Source: Elusimicrobiota bacterium (GTDB lineage: Bacteria > Elusimicrobiota > Elusimicrobia > UBA1565 > JACRDR01). Taken from it: a stretch of DNA of 64,000 nucleotides. The position numbers were made by a program, and so were the translations under genes. Below the pieces are notes generated by a model, which ran no database searches, had not been told where the DNA came from, and saw nothing but the letters and a program-made list of their open reading frames with translations. The stretch is from positions 9,271 to 73,270 of the forward strand of contig JBGFSC010000006.1 of the NCBI GenBank assembly GCA_041694815.1, written 5' to 3'. Below, in pieces: positions 60,686 through 64,000 of this stretch (within the stretch, counting starts at the first letter, position 1; the number at the start of each line of letters is the position of its first letter).

Positions 60686-62667
60686 GCCGACTCTCCGGCT
60701 TAAGGTCCCTATTGGACGGCGGGAGCCTTCTGACGGGAGAGGCCGACCTGCTTTCCTACTCGTACGACGGCGCCCTCGACCGCGGACGCCCGGAGGCGGT
60801 GGTCCTGGCGTCGAACGCCGAGGAGGTGCGCCGCGTCGTGGACTGGTGCCTCCGGCGCGGAGTCCCCTTCGTCGCGCGCGGCGCGGGCACGAATCTCTCG
60901 GGGGGCTGCGTGGCGCTGAGGGGAGGCGTCGTCATCTCCTTGGCGAAACTCGACCGCATCCTCGAGATCGATTCCGAGACGGGGGTCGCCGTGGTCGAGC
61001 CCGGCGTCGTCAATCTCCACCTGCAAAAGCGCCTGGAGGGGCTCGGCCGCTTTTACGCCCCGGACCCCGCTTCCTACCGCGTCTGCACCCTGGGGGGCAA
61101 CGCGGCCGAGAACGCCGGGGGGCCACGCTGCCTCAAATACGGCGTCACTACGAACCATGTATTGGCCGTGGAGGCGGTGATGCCCGACGCCACGCTGCGG
61201 CGCTTCTCGATCGACGAGGCCGGACCCGAGGTGCTCGGCCTGCTGGTGGGCGCCGAGGGGACGTTGGGCGTTCTCACGAAGCTGTGGCTGCGCACGCTGC
61301 CCCTTCCCGAGACGATACGCACCCTCCTAGTCGCGTTCCCCTCCTTGGAGGGCGCGATGGCCTGCGTCTCGGGGATCATCGCCGCGGGAGTGCTGCCGCG
61401 CGTCTTGGAGGCGATGGACCGCGCTACGGTCGAGTCCATCGAGGCCTACTGCCGCGCCGGTTATCCGGCATCGGCGGCGGTGCTGCTCATCGAGCTCGAC
61501 GGCGCGGCCGCGCAAGTGGCGGTCGAAACCGGCGTCGTCGAGCGCCTTTGCCGAAAGCACGACTGCGGTGAGTTCCGCCAGGCGGACGACCCCGCGGAGC
61601 GGGACCGGCTCTGGGAAGGGCGGCGCGGGGCCTACGCGGCCCTGGCCAGGGTGGCGCCCAACGTGCTGGTCGAAGACGGGGTCGTGCCGCGCAGCGCGTT
61701 GGCCGAGGCGGCCCGCCGCGTGGATGCGATCGCCAAACGCCACCGCGTCCGCGCGGCCCTCCTCTTTCATGCGGGAGATGGCAACTTGCATCCCAATATC
61801 GCCTTCGACGAGCGCGACGCGGACCAAACGCGCCGCGTCAAGGCCGCCGGCCGCGAGATTTTGGAGGCCTGCATCGAGCTCGGCGGTTCCATCTCCGGCG
61901 AACACGGCATCGGCATCGACAAGCGCGAGGCGATGTCCTGGCTGTTCACCCAGCCGACCTTGGACCTGTTTCGCCGGATCAAGCGCGAATTCGACCCAGG
62001 GGGATTGTCGAACCCGGACAAACTGTTTCCCTCGAGCGCGTCGCCTCCGCGCCGCGTGTCCCGGCCGCTATCCCCCGCGCAGAAGGCGGTCGTAGACCGC
62101 CTAGGCTCCTTGTCCTCCCCCGTGACTCCTCGCGGGACGGGGACGAAGCTTCCCGAGGGCGCCCTAAAGATCGAGATCCTTGAGACTTCCGGAATGAACG
62201 CCGTGCTCGAGCTCGACGCCGCCAATTTCACCGTCACCGTCGAGGCCGGTATCACGCTTCGCCGTTTAAGGGAAGAGCTGCGCGGGCGCGGGCTCGAGCT
62301 GGGCCTGGCGGTTTCGGAGGGGACGGTCGGGGGGCTTATCGGCGCCAAATCCGATCCGCGGCTTCGCGACCGGCTCTTGGGGGTGCGCGCGGCCCTGGCG
62401 GGCGGCGAGGTCGTCGAGCTCGGCGGCAAGGTAGTCAAGAACGTCGCCGGATACGACGTGTGCAAGCTCCTTTTGGGTTCCTGGGGCTCGCTGGCGGTGA
62501 TCTTGGAGGCGACCTTGCGGGTGTTTCCCGCATCCTCAAAAAACGAGCCGCCGTTGCTGGAGCCGCCGGCCTTTGAGCCCTTTAAGCCCAATCCTTGGCA
62601 GCGCGCCGCCAAGCGCGCCTTCGACCCTGGCAATCTCCTGAGCCCTTGGGTGTTCGGCAGTGAATAA
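60682..62667 (+). CDS. glcD: fused FAD-linked oxidase subunits GlcD-GlcE (glycolate oxidase-like)
   Basis: N-terminal FAD_binding_4 plus C-terminal oxidase domain (the GlcD part, about 450 aa). A second FAD-binding domain follows (the GlcE-like part). Confidence 0.75.
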   Translation: MSRLSGLRSLLDGGSLLTGEADLLSYSYDGALDRGRPEAVVLASNAEEVRRVVDWCLRRGVPFVARGAGTNLSGGCVALRGGVVISLAKLDRILEIDSETGVAVVEPGVVNLHLQKRLEGLGRFYAPDPASYRVCTLGGNAAENAGGPRCLKYGVTTNHVLAVEAVMPDATLRRFSIDEAGPEVLGLLVGAEGTLGVLTKLWLRTLPLPETIRTLLVAFPSLEGAMACVSGIIAAGVLPRVLEAMDRATVESIEAYCRAGYPASAAVLLIELDGAAAQVAVETGVVERLCRKHDCGEFRQADDPAERDRLWEGRRGAYAALARVAPNVLVEDGVVPRSALAEAARRVDAIAKRHRVRAALLFHAGDGNLHPNIAFDERDADQTRRVKAAGREILEACIELGGSISGEHGIGIDKREAMSWLFTQPTLDLFRRIKREFDPGGLSNPDKLFPSSASPPRRVSRPLSPAQKAVVDRLGSLSSPVTPRGTGTKLPEGALKIEILETSGMNAVLELDAANFTVTVEAGITLRRLREELRGRGLELGLAVSEGTVGGLIGAKSDPRLRDRLLGVRAALAGGEVVELGGKVVKNVAGYDVCKLLLGSWGSLAVILEATLRVFPASSKNEPPLLEPPAFEPFKPNPWQRAAKRAFDPGNLLSPWVFGSE

Positions 62668-63874
62668 CACCCTGGACAAACTTCGCACGGCCCTGGGCGA
62701 GCGATCGAGCTACGACGCGGCCAGCCAATGCAGCCGCTGCGGCTACTGCGAGCAGGCCTGCCCCACCTACGCGTTGAGCGGGCGCGAGGCCTTTTCGCCG
62801 CGCGGGCGCAACCAGCTCTTCCGCATGATGCTGGAGGGCAAACTGAAGGAGCCTGCATCGGCCCAGGAGGCTCTCTCGACCTGCCTGCTCTGCGGCGCCT
62901 GCAGCACGGCCTGCTACGCGCATATCCCCACTCCCGATATCGTCCTGGAGGGGCGGCGCAGCGCTCGGGCGTTCGCTCCGTTGTGGGCCCGCGTCGCCGC
63001 CTGGCTGCTCGAGAGGCCCAGGGTTTTGTCGGCGGCGCTGCGTTTGGCGGCGGCCCTGCAGCGCCTGGGGCTCTCCGCCTTGGCCGAGGCGCTCGGACGG
63101 CCACTGCCCCGCCTTCCCGGGCGCAGCTTTCGGTCCCGGGACGTGGAGGGCCCTCGAGGCTCCTGGGCCTATTTCGCGGCCTGCGGACCGAATTATTTGT
63201 TTCCCGAGGCCGCGCAGTCGAGCTGCGCGGCCTTGGAGAAAAGCCGAGGCCCCGGTGGCCTGCTCCAAGGATGCTGCGGGCTTATCAGCTATAACTACGG
63301 CGAGCTGGAGAAGGCGCGGGACTGCGCTCGGAGGCTTATCGAACGCTTCGAGTCCAGCGGCGCCCAAGACTTGGTCGGCGACTGTTCCTCCTGCGTCGCG
63401 CATCTGAAGGCCTACCCGCAGCTGTTCTTGGGCGATCCGGCCTGGCTGCCCCGGGCCGAGAAATTCTCCGCGCGGGTACGCGATTTCATCGAGCTGCCGT
63501 TGGACGCCGCCCGGCGGCAGGGGGCTCGGACGGAGGAAAAGATAACGTATCACGACTCATGCCGCGCCCGGCACGGTCAGGGCCTGCATGAGGCACCGCG
63601 CCGCCTGCTGCGCGAGGCTTACGCAGGTTCCTTCGTGGAGCTGCCCGAGGCCGATTGGTGCTGCGGCGGGGCCGGGGCCTTTTCCTTCCTGCATCCGGAG
63701 TTATCGGAGGAGATACTCCGCAGGAAGATCGACAACATCGCCTCGACGGGCGCCCGTATCGTCGCCACCAGCTCGACCTCCTGCCTGCTCCAGCTTGCCC
63801 GTGGCCTGAAGAAATACTACCCTGAATGCCGCGTGCTCCATCTTTCCCAAGCGCTCGCGCAGCGGCCCCGCTGA
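62660..63874 (+). CDS. glcF: glycolate oxidase iron-sulfur subunit GlcF-like (2x4Fe-4S plus two CCG domains)
   Basis: CxxCGxCxxxCP ferredoxin motifs (CSRCGYCEQACP; CLLCGACSTAC). Cysteine-rich CCG motifs downstream. Confidence 0.8.
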   Translation: MNNTLDKLRTALGERSSYDAASQCSRCGYCEQACPTYALSGREAFSPRGRNQLFRMMLEGKLKEPASAQEALSTCLLCGACSTACYAHIPTPDIVLEGRRSARAFAPLWARVAAWLLERPRVLSAALRLAAALQRLGLSALAEALGRPLPRLPGRSFRSRDVEGPRGSWAYFAACGPNYLFPEAAQSSCAALEKSRGPGGLLQGCCGLISYNYGELEKARDCARRLIERFESSGAQDLVGDCSSCVAHLKAYPQLFLGDPAWLPRAEKFSARVRDFIELPLDAARRQGARTEEKITYHDSCRARHGQGLHEAPRRLLREAYAGSFVELPEADWCCGGAGAFSFLHPELSEEILRRKIDNIASTGARIVATSSTSCLLQLARGLKKYYPECRVLHLSQALAQRPR

Positions 63875-63875
63875 C

Positions 63876-64000
63876 ATGGGACGCCGACAAGACCTGGAAC
63901 GCCGCCAGATGCTGCTGGCTCGATTCGGGCGGCGCATCGCCAGCGAGACCCGCCTAGACAACCTGCTGACCCTGATTGCCGAGGAGGTGCGCCATATACT
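63876..64000 (+). CDS. 5' fragment of a regulatory protein gene (N-terminus resembles a GAF/sensor-domain start); truncated by the window end
   Basis: ATG 2 nt after the glcF stop. MGRRQDLERRQMLLARFGRRIASETRLDNLLTLIAEEVRHI is helical, of the sensor-domain type. Only about 40 codons are visible. Confidence 0.25.
   Translation, partial: MGRRQDLERRQMLLARFGRRIASETRLDNLLTLIAEEVRHI

Overview
This is a high-GC (about 65%), tightly packed bacterial chromosomal segment with roughly 60 protein genes, many translationally coupled. I found one RNase P RNA (rnpB) and no tRNA, rRNA or CRISPR array. Functions were assigned by reading the translated ORFs against family motifs I recognise; no database search was run. 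Most genes are housekeeping: metH, coaD, bioY, guaB, argS, acnA, hemB/hemL, an alpha-glucan phosphorylase, xth, a nadD-HD fusion, pilT, rsfS, a Ku/LigD NHEJ pair, an AddAB-like helicase-nuclease pair, glcD-E/glcF, several response regulators and a hybrid histidine kinase. Things the ordinary annotation does not explain: (1) seven copies of three related dispersed palindromic elements with GGTGYCAG...CTGRCACC termini that sit at gene boundaries and in places supply stop codons or 5' leaders; (2) a Lon protease lacking its N-domain and carrying an N-terminal signal/anchor, bracketed by two paralogous 203-aa exported proteins; (3) an FtsH-like AAA+/M41 protease with a single N-terminal hydrophobic segment and no second TM, immediately followed by an NTT/TLC-like nucleotide transporter; (4) a low-GC island (about 49% GC) encoding a secreted protein, next to a pyruvate-kinase-barrel homolog that has a predicted signal peptide and no C-terminal domain; (5) a long coupled operon DUF971 - beta-eliminating lyase (tryptophanase/TPL-like) - aldolase/SDR - hybrid HK - glcDEF. 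Many long antisense or alternative-frame ORFs in the track are GC-driven artefacts and were rejected. The ORF track renders GTG/TTG starts as M, and several starts were re-chosen on that basis.
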